A stretch of DNA of 64,000 nt from Marsupella aquatica. Taxonomy: Eukaryota > Plantae > Marchantiophyta. Shown piece by piece: positions 13,500 to 26,200 of the stretch. Below the pieces are notes generated by a model. It was given only the letters and a program-made list of their open reading frames with translations. It did not search any database and was not told where the DNA came from. Position numbers and translations under genes: made by a program. Where the stretch lies: assembly GCA_973895155.1 (NCBI GenBank), contig OZ316892.1, positions 13,084,238 to 13,148,237 of the forward strand. The letters run 5' to 3'. Numbering within the stretch: position 1 is the stretch's first letter; every line of letters starts with the position of its first letter.

Positions 13500-14180
13500 T
13501 AGCACTCTCAAAGCTTAGTGAAAGTTGGCGGTATTAGACTAGCTGGAAAGATCTTTCAAAGGCGCATCCAACCAACCCAGCAAAAGCCCATTGAACTCCA
13601 TATCAAGGGAAAAAGTGAAGGTTGAAGTTTGTCGAAGAAAAACTTTTTGAAGTGGGAAGCGTTTAGGGCGAGTTACCAGGTACTCTTTGAAAATTCATAG
13701 CTCTCTCAATTTTTAATGAAAGTTAGTGATATTAGACTAGCTGGAAAGAATTTCCAAACTGCTTCGAACTAACCCAAGAATAAACTATTTTGCTCCAAAA
13801 TCAAGAGAGATTGAAGGTTTACTCCAGTATCAAGGGAGAAATTGAATGTCAAAATTTGCTGATAAGTAACTTTTGGAAGTGGAAAGAGTGTCAGCAGGTG
13901 AGACCACTATAAAGGGTGTCACAGTCCATGGGGATTGTATGGTTCCCAAACAGCTCTCTCAATTCTTAATGAAAGTTGGTGATATTAGACTAGCTGGAAA
14001 GATCTTTCCAAACTACTCTGAATGATCCCATGAATAAGCTAGTTTGCTCCAAATCAAGGGAGAAATTGAAGGTCAAAAATTGCTGATAAATAACTTTTGG
14101 AAGTGGAAAGAGTATCAGCAGGTGACACCACTATAGAGGTGTCACAGTCAGCGGGGATTTTATGGTTACCAAACTTGGTC
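13500..14180. repeat. Three diverged ~200-250 bp tandem units, TE subterminal-like
   Basis: CTCTCAA...TGAAAGTT(G/A)G(C/T)G.TATTAGACTAGCTGGAAAGA at ~13505, ~13705 and ~13957, each followed by TCAAGGGA.AAA.TGAAGG and TTTTGGAAGTGG.AAG. Confidence 0.8.
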
Positions 14181-14939
14181 CACCATGACTTCAGTTTCAA
14201 AAAGGCTGTTATTCAGAGTCAACTCCCAAGAAGAAGCCAGGGCGTTGCACTTACATGTGTTTAGCACTACCTTATAAACACACATTTTCAGACTTTGCAC
14301 TTATAGCTAAGTAACATGATGATTCTTTTTGCTGTTAGAGTGCCTCTACCTTTAATAGTCATTCCTAGTCTCTCATTCAAGAAGTTGCCATTTCAGGTTC
14401 AAGTAGAATTCATGTTCCTTGCCTAAACCATTGACTGTACATCCTCAGATTGTATGTTCCTAGACCGTGCCAGCTGTCTAATAACTGCACCATGAACTCT
14501 AGATAGAAAGGGTATGCACTTATCCATAATACTCCACATATAATTTTGTGCTTGTAGCTAGAAGTGTACCTCTACCCTAATAGAGGGTTTTGCACTTGCA
14601 TATTTGTGATTAGTGGCGCCCTCTTTGCACTCATTAAAAGTGCAAACACAATGCCTTGCAATTAGCCAGAATTTGCACAGGTAGAGTGTGCACCTACAAA
14701 GAGTCTACTGCATTAGTTTAAAAGCATCTAGACAAATTTCTCTTCATGAGGCTCCTGTGGGGTTTGCTTCTGAGGTTTGCCAAGCCATTCATTTTCCTGT
14801 TGACTAGGGGTTTAGTTACTCTGGTGTCACGTGAGATCACAAGCTTTTTTAGTCATCTTGGGCTTCCTTCCCTTGTTCTCTCCCCCTTTGGGTCTTGTCC
14901 CCCCCCCCCCCTTTTGGCTCTGAGTGACTCTCTGCTTGT

Positions 14940-15100
14940 CTTCCTGGGGTTTAATCTGTGCTTTCTCATTGGGGGGGCCTTTTGACTTTCTTCAAGGGTT
15001 TAATCTGTGCTTACTCGTTCCCGGCCTTTTGAATTTTTCTTCAGGGGTTTAATCTGTGCTTTCTCGTTGCCGCCTTTTGACTTTCTTCAGGGGTTTAGAT
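14940..15100. repeat. ~49-bp tandem repeat, 3-4 copies
   Basis: TTC(T)TCAGGGGTTTAATCTGTGCTTTCTC..GCCTTTTGA recurs. Confidence 0.8.
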
Positions 15101-15271
15101 CCTTTACCATCATGTGGGGCTTTCTGGGATTTCGGCTCTTTGATTTTTCCCAAGTTTTTCTCCCTTTTATTGAGTCACTTAAGGGGGTCTCTTGCCTTTG
15201 AGTTCCCCTTCTTTTCTCCCCTGTGCAAGATTTGCACAAGATTTCTTAAGGGTTCTCTTGCCTCTGGGAGA

Positions 15272-15603
15272 TGAGTTCTCCCCTTTCTCTTCCAGGGCCA
15301 CCCTCCATGACAAAATCTGGATACACTAGGTTTCACCATTTTTAGTACCCTTTCCCTTAAATTGTGGAGCAAAGTCTCATGATGATTTCTCCCCATTCTC
15401 TTCCAGGGCCACCCTCCATGACAAAATCTGGGTACACCAGGTTTCACCATTTTTAGTACCCTTTCCCTTAAATTGTGGAGCAAAGTCTCATGATGATTTC
15501 TCCCCTTTCTCTGAAAGTGCCACCCTCCATGACAAAATCTGGGTACACCAGGTTTCACCATTTTTAGTACCCTTTCCCTTAAATTGTGGAGCAAAGTCTC
15601 ATG
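15272..15603. repeat. 111-bp tandem repeat x3
   Basis: GCCACCCTCCATGACAAAATCTGG.TACAC.AGGTTTCACCATTTTTAGTACCCTTTCCCTTAAATTGTGGAGCAAAGTCTCATG occurs in three near-identical copies. Confidence 0.95.
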
Positions 15604-16525
15604 GTAGAGGAGAGAAATGTGAAAAAGGGAGAAGTCTTTAGACAATTCTCCGTTTATATGGCCAGTGGGGGTTTACAGGCGAATCTTGCCTCTGGGTACT
15701 GATCTCCAGATTTGACACTTTCTGTTCTTTAGCATTTATCAGTTTTATTGATCTAAACTACGTAACATCCTCAAGACCTCTAACCCCACGGTCCTATTTG
15801 GGTGCAACAATGGAAGAGGTTCATAGAAAGACAAAGACATTGTCGACAGTGACGATATCCACGGGTTCACAAGACAGAAAATATAGAGAAAACTTCTCTC
15901 GTTATGGTTCGAAGTATGTTCTGCAAGTGTTCCATGCCCATGCCAAGTAATCCTAGGTCCTCGACTTGGAAGAGCAAAACCGGAGCAGATTAATGAATTA
16001 CTTATTCACGATTCGTAGGTCAGTCCAGGTGGTCTGCTTACAGCTCACGAAGTGCTCAAGAGGCCAGGTGATCAGAACGTGCAAAATTGGCGAGCAAACT
16101 CCAGCATCTGCTGGCCAGAATCTGCCAGATACTTGTCCGCCTTCTGGGAACTACTAATAATTGTCGTCAATTTAAGCTTTGCTTTACAAACACCCGCTAG
16201 GGAAGAAAAGGGAAGGGAAGGTTAAACAACAAATGTGCAGAGAGTTTGATATCCCAAAGCTGCTCCTCAAAAATCGCTCTCCAGATTTTACTGCCAGAAG
16301 GACTGTTCTTCTCTGAACGAAAGTCACAAAGGAGGAGGAGGCCCCACTGCGCAAAGCATCCTGCCTACAATAACCATATACCAGGTTCTACATACCTACA
16401 TAGGTCTCGCACGTACAAAAACAGTATATATAGCCCAAGAAGAGATTTAAGTGAATGCCTTTGAAAATTCATGGGAACCAGATTCTGTGTCTGGCTTCCA
16501 AAACTGCCTAATGCTACGACTACTC

Positions 16526-18214
16526 TCAGGGCTTCTCCTCCTTCGTAGCATCTTCCTTCCATGTGGCTTGCCACTGTTTGTCATAAAAGGTTGATTCCTT
16601 TGCGAGAGTTTTCAACGTATCCACGTCCTCGGTTTTTCGGATCAGCAAAACTCCGACAATAGTGATAAACAATAACAGCTTGCCTAAAAAACTGCTCTGT
16701 TGATCCACAAGACCCACACCAGTTGCACTGTCCACCAGGTAAGCTGCGAAGTAACCCACCATAGCTGCACGGCCTGTTCCTCGCATCCCATCCAATTTCA
16801 GAATCAGTTTGGAATAAATACGGACAGAGGAAGAGACTGCCTTTAAGGGCAGCGAGCGGTTCTTCAAGTGGTGCTGAGCAAGGTGATGCCGAAATGAGGC
16901 TCGGAGTACAAGAAGAGTGACCAAAGGAGGGAGTAGCTTCTCTTCCGATAACTGCAACTATGACCCTCATGCCAAGCCTTTTGTTCCCAAGACCCTAGTC
17001 AGCCAAAAGGACAGGTCCTCTCCTCAACCAATCTTTCTACCAAACGTACAACTATCCGAATCGTCCTAATCGACTACGCGACAACCTGATTACATTTACA
17101 ATTGAGAGGTGTGAAAATTGTCGTGGCAAGCCGTGGCTCCTAGATTAAAGACTGTTCATCCCCATACGAATTGAGCGTGTGAACGGCATTTGTGTGTATT
17201 GTTTGGGAAGATGGGGGTGGGGTATCCACCAAAGCCAGAATTCTTTCAAATTGGATGATTTACCTTGAACGTCAAGAAGGAACAAAATCAACGCCCAAAT
17301 GAGAATCGTACCATTTAAAAGCTCTGCCTCGGGGAGATGGAAGCGCTTCACCCATGCCCACCAAGGAATGACTCCAGACTCGAAGACTACAGGTTCGACA
17401 TTAGTCGACGCCTCTGGGTTGTCTTCCAACCATTTTCTTCTCTTCACCTCTGAGCACCAACAACGACACGTCGGTGGCAAAATTCCAGAACCATAGGACA
17501 ATTAAAATGAAAACTGGACATGCGCGCGTGGAATTTTTGGGACTCAAATATTAAACAAACACATGCAGACTCTCATAGTGCTAACAAGATGAAACCTCTC
17601 CAGCATCGTGAAATTCTTGCTCGTGTATCTAATTCCCCAAAACTCGCAATGGAGGTGGCTGAGCGAAGCAGAAAGTTACCTGCATCAATTACACTATCCC
17701 AGTTCACCTTCCCATCTTTGGTGAACATTGTGAGATCCCACGTTCCTTTCTTCCATCTCGGATCCTCAAAAGCACCTGCCTCCAGCACCCCAGATTTCTT
17801 CCCGAGGGTCGCTATGCTGGGATCCTTCCCCAACGCCCCTGAGCCCGACAACGTTCCTCCTTTCGAGAGTGGGCCAGTCTTACGCGACGTAGCTGCCGGA
17901 CCAGCAACCCCCGGGGTTTCAGGTTCTTCTTCAAGCAGAGCCACCTCACCCACAACACTATCTCCACCTGCTCCAGCCGCGCTTCCACTCTCTTCCTCCA
18001 ACACTTGCGCTGTTGACCTCACAATGTGAACACTTCTGCTCTTTCCGCTCCGAAACTTCGAGATGAGTCTATTAGGCCTTGGTCGCGCCTTCAAACCCGA
18101 GGCCAATCGCAGAATAGACCTTGGAAACTGAACGGCATTGCCCGCAGAAGAAGTTGCAGACAGGGCAGCCATCCCTGAGACCACTGCGGCCATGGACGGT
18201 GCCGTGGCCGTCAT
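16526..18214 (-). CDS. LIL3: Light-harvesting-like protein 3 (LHC-motif thylakoid protein), 3 exons
   Basis: Ser/Ala/Arg-rich transit peptide; [28 protein letters not shown]; [28 protein letters not shown] (LHC motif); [13 protein letters not shown]. Exons 18214-17680, 17449-17312, 16773-16526 join in frame. Confidence 0.95.
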
Positions 18215-19190
18215 TTTCAAAGGCCTCAACTATGTCCCCTCGGGACAACAATTCGACAATCTCCGTCAAGCAGAAGTACACCAGAAGCACAATGTGCACC
18301 CGTAGTTGATACCACTCCCCTTACCGAGAAAATAAAAAATCTCGGAACAACTCCCACCGCGACCTACTCCATCTGCAGAGACACGAAAAGTCCCGTCATA
18401 TTCGAAAACCAAATCCAAATGCAAAAAGACAGCAGAACCGAGAGACAAAAATGAAAAAGAAAAGCCATGAGCCAACGATTTCAACAACCTGTCGACGGGA
18501 GGAGCTCTCAGCATCTGCTTATCGCTTTCCTAAGTACTGACGGACCAGCAGAGAAAAGAGTCCCTCACATCGAAGAGCATTCAAGCTATGGCGAATTAAC
18601 GACACCCAATTGCCCTCAGCCAACAGAAGATTGCATGCAGCAGCTGGGGTATGGGTACGCACAGACTGGCGATCGCCCAGGCCAGAGTACAGAGCGCGCA
18701 ACAAAACACACTCTCGAATGCAGACGCGTGACACTCGCGAGACAACAAAACGGTCAGAAGAGAAATCAAAAACAAGCGCAAGATGACAGGAAATCGCACC
18801 TGTCTCCTGGTGCGTGAGAAAAACTCTTCCTCCTATGCGGTAGCTAGGCCTTCTGCTGGTGAGGTGAGAGCTTCGCTTAATCGCTTTCGATGTGAGAAAT
18901 GTGAATGGTGAGAAATGCGAATCGAAGGATTGATTGGATTCGGGAGCAAAGAGAGAGAAGAGAGGGCCCTCCCAGAGAGGAAAAGACGGGTCAGAGAGTG
19001 AGAGTGATGAAAGGTGAGAATCCTTAGGATAAGGGTCGCTATCCGAGGAACGGAGAGTCCGCCTATGTGCTCAGATAACACCAGAAAGGGATTCTTTGTT
19101 TACCATACTGCATGCCAAGGATAACCCCTCTAGTGTTCAATGGATAACCCCTCTAGTGTTCAATTGTTGTTACTTAGAGTAACTACTGTA

Positions 19191-19374
19191 CCTTTTTTTT
19201 TTAATTTTTTTTTTTTTAAGGGAAATCTGTGAAACCCCACAGAAAGGGAAGAGTCAGCCACAATAGTTGGGAAGAGTCGGCCCACAATAGTTGAACCCAA
19301 GACCTATCAATCTCTACTCATTCAAGTGAGCTACCACATCAAGTGAGCTACCACAAAGTCATGCCTCTCTGGGC
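19191..19374 (-). mobile_element. tRNA-derived SINE-like retroposon with poly(A) tail and 12-bp TSD
   Basis: The minus strand has a box A-like GTGGTAGCTCACTTG (duplicated), a box B-like GGGTTCAACT and an A-rich tail (T-run at 19193-19217). GTAACTACTGTA flanks it as a direct repeat at 19179-19190 and 19375-19386. Confidence 0.7.
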
Positions 19375-19695
19375 GTAACTACTGTAACTTGAATGCACTT
19401 TTTTTGCACATTCTTGGACTGTAGTTTCACTACAAAAAGCATGTAGGATCATCATTTGACATTGATCGTCCTTTCCATCCACATGGTGGGGCCCTAGAGT
19501 CACGCCCAGAGTCTTCACTCTAGAAACCTCTACCCCAACTTAAGCTTCCCTTGTGCTTTATAAGTAAGCCTTGGATGAAGTATCTTTTATTTTGTAACAA
19601 TAGGAGTGTCTAATCAATATGGATTAGCCCATATGTAGCTGCCCGTGTGGGCCTCACTCTGGAACTAGGTTGAATATTATCAAATGTGGACATCA

Positions 19696-19766
19696 GCTAG
19701 CCCAAGGTTGAGTGGTAGAGCAAGTCATTGGGGCAAAGCAAGTTTTTGGTTCAAAACCTGCTGGTG
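19696..19766 (+). other. Degenerate tRNA/SINE-head-like sequence
   Basis: GAGTGGTAGAGCA (box A-like) and GGTTCAAAACC (box B-like) at tRNA-like spacing; no complete cloverleaf. Confidence 0.3.
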
Positions 19767-21543
19767 CTGATTCCTTGAACCACAACTTCATCTATGAAAT
19801 GCACATTGAGGAAAGGCTTGAGCTCCACCTCTTATGGTGAAACATTGTTCACCACAAGACAAGAATGAGTAGTAGTGAGGCAAGGAATGAGGCTTTGATA
19901 TGGGTAGGTGTGCTTTAAGAGAAGGCTTGTTAAAGCAATTGCTCATGTGACTCTGGATGTTACATGAATTTCTACACATGTACTTCCAATTAACAATATA
20001 GTACTCACTACAAAGGTGCTTTGTAAAGTCTTAGGGAAGTCTTAGGGAAGTCTTACCAAAGTCCAATGGTATTGAACCACAATGACGGGGCATTGAAACT
20101 CCAAGACATATCCCACAAAGAACTTGATGAAGTCACTCCACAAGTCACTCCACAGAATCTCATGAGAGTGTTGATTGTGCCAACTTGTGCTCACTAACTT
20201 GGCTTGGTGTTTCTGCCCTCATTAGAATAGTCACTTTCAAGCTTCCCAACACAATCAACATTGGTTGAATGGCGGAACTTGACTACCCTACCACTTAGCT
20301 CCGACATTGCTAACTCTGACGCTGAGCTCCTCTACGGTCCAGGCCTCTTGAACGGCCATCCGGTGGGGACTAAGTATGGGGAGACTACAGGGCATTGATG
20401 CGTTGCACTAGCAAAGGCAATGCGCTAAGCTGTTAACACACGCTAAGGACTTAAACTAGCATTGGGAGCAGGTCGGGTCACGGGAAGGGCCGAGCTCAGG
20501 GTGGGCCGCCCGGACCCCCGAATGGACCTTAAGTTATGAGGGCTTGAGTGAGAGGTCCTCTTGGGCCCAAGACCAAAGAAGTTTATTTTATGCGCAACGA
20601 ACGTTTGAGGCATGAGATATAGCATGGAGTAGGTGTAACCGTTTGGGACCCCCAACTGATGGCGGGTCTTGAGGGCCAGGGCATGAGCACTAGGTCAACC
20701 CGATCCCAACAGACTAAGGCACTTCACTTGCAGATGTTTACTTATAAAGTTATGAACATAACAAGTTAGTTGCATGTCCATGCAAAATGTCAGGTTTGAC
20801 AAAGAGCACCAGAAAACTATGACAAGTATGCCAGAGTGTTTTCGAGCATAGATGCTCTTGCAAACCATGACAACAAAATGAGGCTCATTTGTCTCCATCC
20901 CAAAGAGGGTTCATTGTCAAATCCATGAATGCAATTGTTGAGCAGGTGGTGTGTCTAAATGAAACCTTTATGTAGAAGATTGATAGCTCTCCTCAGACCC
21001 CCAAAATAAAGTAGAACTTGCTTTTCTGCTGTAACAAGTCTATCATATATACTAATGCTTGAACATTTAGATTTACCCAAAAACAATTCTGGAATGCCAT
21101 GAAAGGCCAAACATCCCTAGGGTTTATTATGACCTTCCACACTTGAAAATGAGAGGTTGAATGGGGAAAGTTAAAACAAACTATGCCAGTGTTACAAATT
21201 GGGAAACTTGGTTCTCTATATTGTGTTGCTTGACAGAAGATACCAAAAGTTATGACAAACTACCAAAGGGTTACCAAGTTTTTCATCCTTGAGTGATCGT
21301 GAGACACAAGCTAAATAAAGGCCGATAGGAGTCCATTTACATCCACATACAGACCTCTCACATTTGGTCAGCATACATTTGTTTGGCCTCTCACAACAGC
21401 ATGGACTTGGGCTATGTTCCCTTGCATGTTCTGGGTATAGTGAATATATTGACATCTGCTATTACCCCTCAATTTGTAGCATTTGTTATCCCTAGCCTCT
21501 AGTGCATTAGGTTACATTACCTATTGTCCTAGGATTGGGACCT

Positions 21544-21907
21544 CATCCAGGAATAGGGTAACCATGGTAGAGTATCTATTTTTGCTGACTGTCCAAAATG
21601 AAATCCTAGCACTCAGAGTTCAGTGCACTAGCCTGCAGAGTGCGTGCAGGAGCTTTGCTCATATATAGATGACAAGTACCATTGTGCCAGATTCCAGTTC
21701 CCACCCCAATTGTAACATTACCCAGAGTCATCATTTAGAGATTTCACTCTAAACAGTAGGCCCTTATCCTAACTTTTAGGATCACACTTTACTTGATACA
21801 TAAGGATTGTATCTGGGGTAGGGTAGTATCCAAAAGATAGGGTAGCCATGGTAGACTATATTTGCTGACTAAACGAAACGAAATCTCACATTAGGAGTTT
21901 CAGTGCA
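21544..21907. repeat. Diverged ~83-bp direct repeat pair (21544-21627 and 21826-21907)
   Basis: ATAGGGTA.CCATGGTAGA.TAT...TTTGCTGACT....GAAATC...AGTT(T)CAGTGCA occurs twice. Confidence 0.65.
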
Positions 21908-21944
21908 TCTGGTGTGTATCTCGGATAGCGTGGCCCTGGTACAG

Positions 21945-22413
21945 GCATTTCTCCACAAAACACGATACGGGAGACAATCTAGGATACCGCATCACTTCCA
22001 TCTTCGATCGATCACAGATTGACAGGTAGTCAGGACGTACTATGTATTCTACACCCCACAAGTATACAGGGCATATCTCCTGATGCTGCAGGAAACTGAC
22101 AAAGAGGGGGCTCCATCTGCCTCCACTAAAGTGAGGGATACAGTTTACGTCGAGAGACAGCCACGCTAATAAATGGTATAGCATTTCTCCACAAAATACG
22201 ATACGGGAGACAATCGAGGATACCGCATCACCTCCCTTCTTCGATCGCTCACAGATTGACAGGTAGTCATGACGTACTATGTATTCTACACCACAAGTAT
22301 ACAGGGCGTATCTGCGTGATGCTGCAGGAAACTGACAAAGAGGGGGCTCCATCTGGCTCCACTAAAGTGAAGGATACAGTTTACATCGACAGACAGCCAC
22401 GATAATAAATGGG
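21945..22413. repeat. Tandem duplication, ~236 bp x2
   Basis: GCATTTCTCCACAAAA.ACGATACGGGAGACAATC...GACAGCCACG.TAATAAATGG starts at 21945 and at 22181 with scattered substitutions. Confidence 0.92.
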
Positions 22414-23212
22414 TGCGAGTAAATTACTTCGTAGAGTTAAATAGGAAGAGGGGCACGAGCCAATCGATGAAAGGCAAAGAAAAGGCGCGGGAGGGGAAGG
22501 ATGAAATCCGGAGCACCGTTTGATCGTCATTGGTCGAGACGATCTGCGAATTGATGAAGTGGTGAAGTGAAATGACAGCATGAGACTGTTTGTTTGTGGT
22601 TTTTGGGGCTGTGGTGGGCGACGAGCTCGTCGAATGGTGCCAAGTTCCCCCTACGAGCGTAGCGCAGCCATCTGTCCCTCGGATTTGACTTCCGATTCGG
22701 CGCTTTGACAGTCGTCACTTTGCACGATGCATTCCGGGTTCGTTCGCATGATGCGCACCGGCTGCCCGACGGATTCGAGAACGTGTTGATGCTCGATTCG
22801 GCAATCCTCGATCCCTCTCTCTCTCTCTCTCTCTGTGTCTGCGATGATGCGTAGCGTTGTTTTGAGCTCCGGGAGCGACATTGGTGTAGAAGCCGAGGAT
22901 TGGAGGTGCAGGCGGGCTGAGTAGAGTCATGTGGTGGTGGTGTGGTGCTTGCCGAGTGAATTATTTTGAAGTGGAGGTTGAGTAACTACGGCAGCAGCAG
23001 CAGCTGTATCGTGGTTGGGTTGATGTTGTGAGACATGTGACCGCTACTCACGTGTTGCGATGGACGAGGCGGCACTGTTTCGGTTGTACATCGGACCGAG
23101 CTGATTTTCAGCTTTGAGGATGATGGCGTTCAAATACAGAAAGCGTCTCTCATGTGCAGCAGGGTAGAAGAACCAGGCGGAACTGCCGCTGCTGCCCGTT
23201 TGGTCTGTATGT

Positions 23213-26200
23213 ATGGGGGACCTAGCGGCTGTGGCTCCATTGGGGCGCTATGGCAATCTCGCGAAATCAAACTGTTCTCGGTCTGGGACATGTCGGTGTT
23301 GCGGTCAGTCCCAGGTGTGTTTAAGAGTTCAATCTTCGAAAACAAGAGTCACAGAAGTTTGCAGTAGCGAGAGGTCTGAGCAGCGGCGGCTCACCATTAG
23401 CAGCAGGACCAGCAGGAGGGGAATGCGCCTCTTCGAAGGCGGAAAGGAAGGGCTGAAGAAAAGTGTTAGAAAAGAGAGCTTCAGGAGACTTGCCACAGAT
23501 ATTGTGCTCTGTGCGTACGCACATGCTTTCGATGCCGTGCAGAGCAAGGATGAAGTTCCCGTACAGGCGGACAATCTCTCTGGTAGCCAGGATAGAAGGT
23601 CAGGAGGAGCGCATTCTCTTAGAGAAGATACCAGTAGATTGCGATATCGAGATGGGCAAGATGGTGACCAGTTTTCACATTGGGATGGGAAGAGGGGTGT
23701 GTTAATGTCTTCTGCATACGAATCTGCTCGGCAGGAACTTGGAGGACTAGAGACGGCACGAAATGTTGGGGATGGAAGCTGTCATCCGTCGGACGAGCGG
23801 TCTCGACATTCTGGTCGCGTCTCGGATTCGTGGACTAAGCAGGGTCCTTCGCAAGGTGGAGATGGAGTTTTACAAGATGGAGGTCAAGGTAGAGAATCTG
23901 GGGTTGTGGAAAGACAGGATGGTCTGGGGAACGGAAGTGCAAGGGATTATTGTCCAAGCCAGTCCTCGTTGAATATTCCAAGAAGTGAGCTGCTGAAAAT
24001 TGAGGAACTGAAGTTCTCTGGAGACATGCAAGAGGGTGATTCTAGCCCTCAAGTCCTAAATCTGCAGGTACCGAACTATGTCTAATTTAACGTAAATACA
24101 ATCGTGTTTGTAGGAGTACTGTCTCCCGTCCAAAGACTCAGGGTGTTCCAAAGGTTACAGTTATCGTCGGTAAAGTAGTGATTTATCAATTTTTGGGCAG
24201 TATTCATAGTGAGACCATGGACTTATCGTTCTTGTTGCAGAGAGCTCTTTTCTGGCTGGGGCATCTTCCCGGACTTTCTCTAACTGGGTAAGTTGATCAC
24301 TGAACCAAATTTGAACATACCCACTTCGACTTCAAGGAACACATCTAACTCACATTAGCAAAGCGAGCACACTGAAACAGCTGGGGTTTCTAACCTGCTG
24401 TTGTGGGGGCCTTGGTCCTGGGTTTTCTGCTCTGAGTTAAACTAGGTTTTGGTCATCAGTGTTGCACCCAACTTTTACTGGTCTAGATATGTAGGGTCCG
24501 CCACGGAGTGCTTCCGTCCTATAATTCATTTTGTAGATGCACTGTGTTACCTGACAGGTTTGTGCCTTGCCCCTTTCTGTTTGGGCTGAAAACTGAACAG
24601 CCACATTGTGCACAATGCTTACCACTTCATAAATGCTTACAGCTACTTTGGGCCCGAAACAACGAAGGCACTGCAAGAATTTCATTATTCCAATGGGTTC
24701 TCTAGTCCAGGCGTGTGGGGCTACTATTCGCAGCAGCTGCTGTGGAAACATCTTTATACTGAGAACCACCAAAGGCATCCAGAAAGGGTGAGTGCTCCAC
24801 AAGAGTGATCATGCACGACATAATTTATGTGGACGAAGAGTTTAGTTCCGTGCTACGTGCATTTCTGCTAGCTATATGGTTCGTCGTCGATTGGTAGTTG
24901 GCTTTCATCGTTCACAACCATATTCTACTAGTCACAAATTGTCATATTTTCTCAAATGGTTACCAAAGATCTTGTCGATTGCAGGATGCCATTGTTACAA
25001 TCGTTCACGCGTATTTTTATTAGCTGGATTATCAGTAACTCGGCTCACCTTCGATATTTCTGATGTGGCCGACCTCTTGGACCCGTGCCTAATCTTTTAT
25101 GTGGATAACCCGTAAATAAGTCCTTTCTGGATGTTGTTTTTGCAGGACATACGGGAGAGGTCTCAACCAGAGCTGCAGAGGGTTCCAGATTATGACCTAT
25201 TGGAATATTGGCGATTTGTTAAAAAAGCCTCAGGCAAGGCAATAGGTGATGGGTTACGTGCCTCTGCAACCTTGCAGCGTCGGCAATCAAAAACTTTTAG
25301 AGGTAGAACAGCGCAACTTGTTGTTTCCCGATGCAATCAAATTGCTGTCTGAAAAAAATCAGTATTGGACAACCACAGGATAGACACTTTTGGTTGGTTG
25401 ACCATTCTGGAAGCGATCTCTCAACAAGTTCACAAAATGGAGTAGATTCTTCTCAGCTCACATGATCGATATCGTTTTGGGTGCAGAATTCGTTGCATCT
25501 GTATCATCAACGTTACCCTGTCGCAGCGTGGTCTCACAGAGGGTTGGAGTTTTACTTTTGACTGTTGCGGTCATCTCAATCATCGTCAAGGTGGTGCATT
25601 TTTGTTTTGGACAAGTTCATGGGCAGCCTGTGAGAAAGAGAGTGATGAGCTGGCGAAATGGTGTTGACTTGAGAAGACCAGGGAAAGGAAACCAATCATC
25701 TTTTAATGTACAAAAGGGGCACCATAAATCTAGTGAAGGTGGCAAAGTTCTCGAACACTCGGGGAGTCATCGTCGTCCAAAGTCAACAGAAAAGCAGGAG
25801 AGAAGTATGTGTAATCTATTAGATCGTTTGGTTCTTTTTGAAGGACAAGTGGTGCGTGGAGACTATCTGCCAAATGGAAGAATGCGACGCAGTACCCGGT
25901 CAGAATTAATTCATACGAATGAAAACACGACGGTGGATGCATCGGATTCTGTCTTGAAGGGAACCCCTTTACCCGTTTCATCTTCAAAACAACTTGATCA
26001 ATCAGGATTTAACACTGAGGCAAGGAAGACTTATCCTGGATTAGATCAGTTTGAGAAGCTTGAGGCAGACCCTGCAAGAAAGGTATCTTTTAACAGTAGT
26101 TCCCCTGTACAAAGTGAGAAATCCAGTCGGTTGACCGGAGGGGACCAACAATGGTCTCGTACCAGTCAAGACCCTGGATGGGCTTCCTGGGTAGGATTCT

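Noticed and set aside
17520-18029. 169-aa ORF antisense to LIL3, and similar antisense ORFs over Pumilio (48607-49603)
   Set aside because: Reverse-strand shadows of real coding exons.
20160-20712. GC-rich LTR-like or structured-RNA-like segment ending TCCCAACA
   Set aside because: No matching 5' terminus, PBS/PPT or convincing long stem found.
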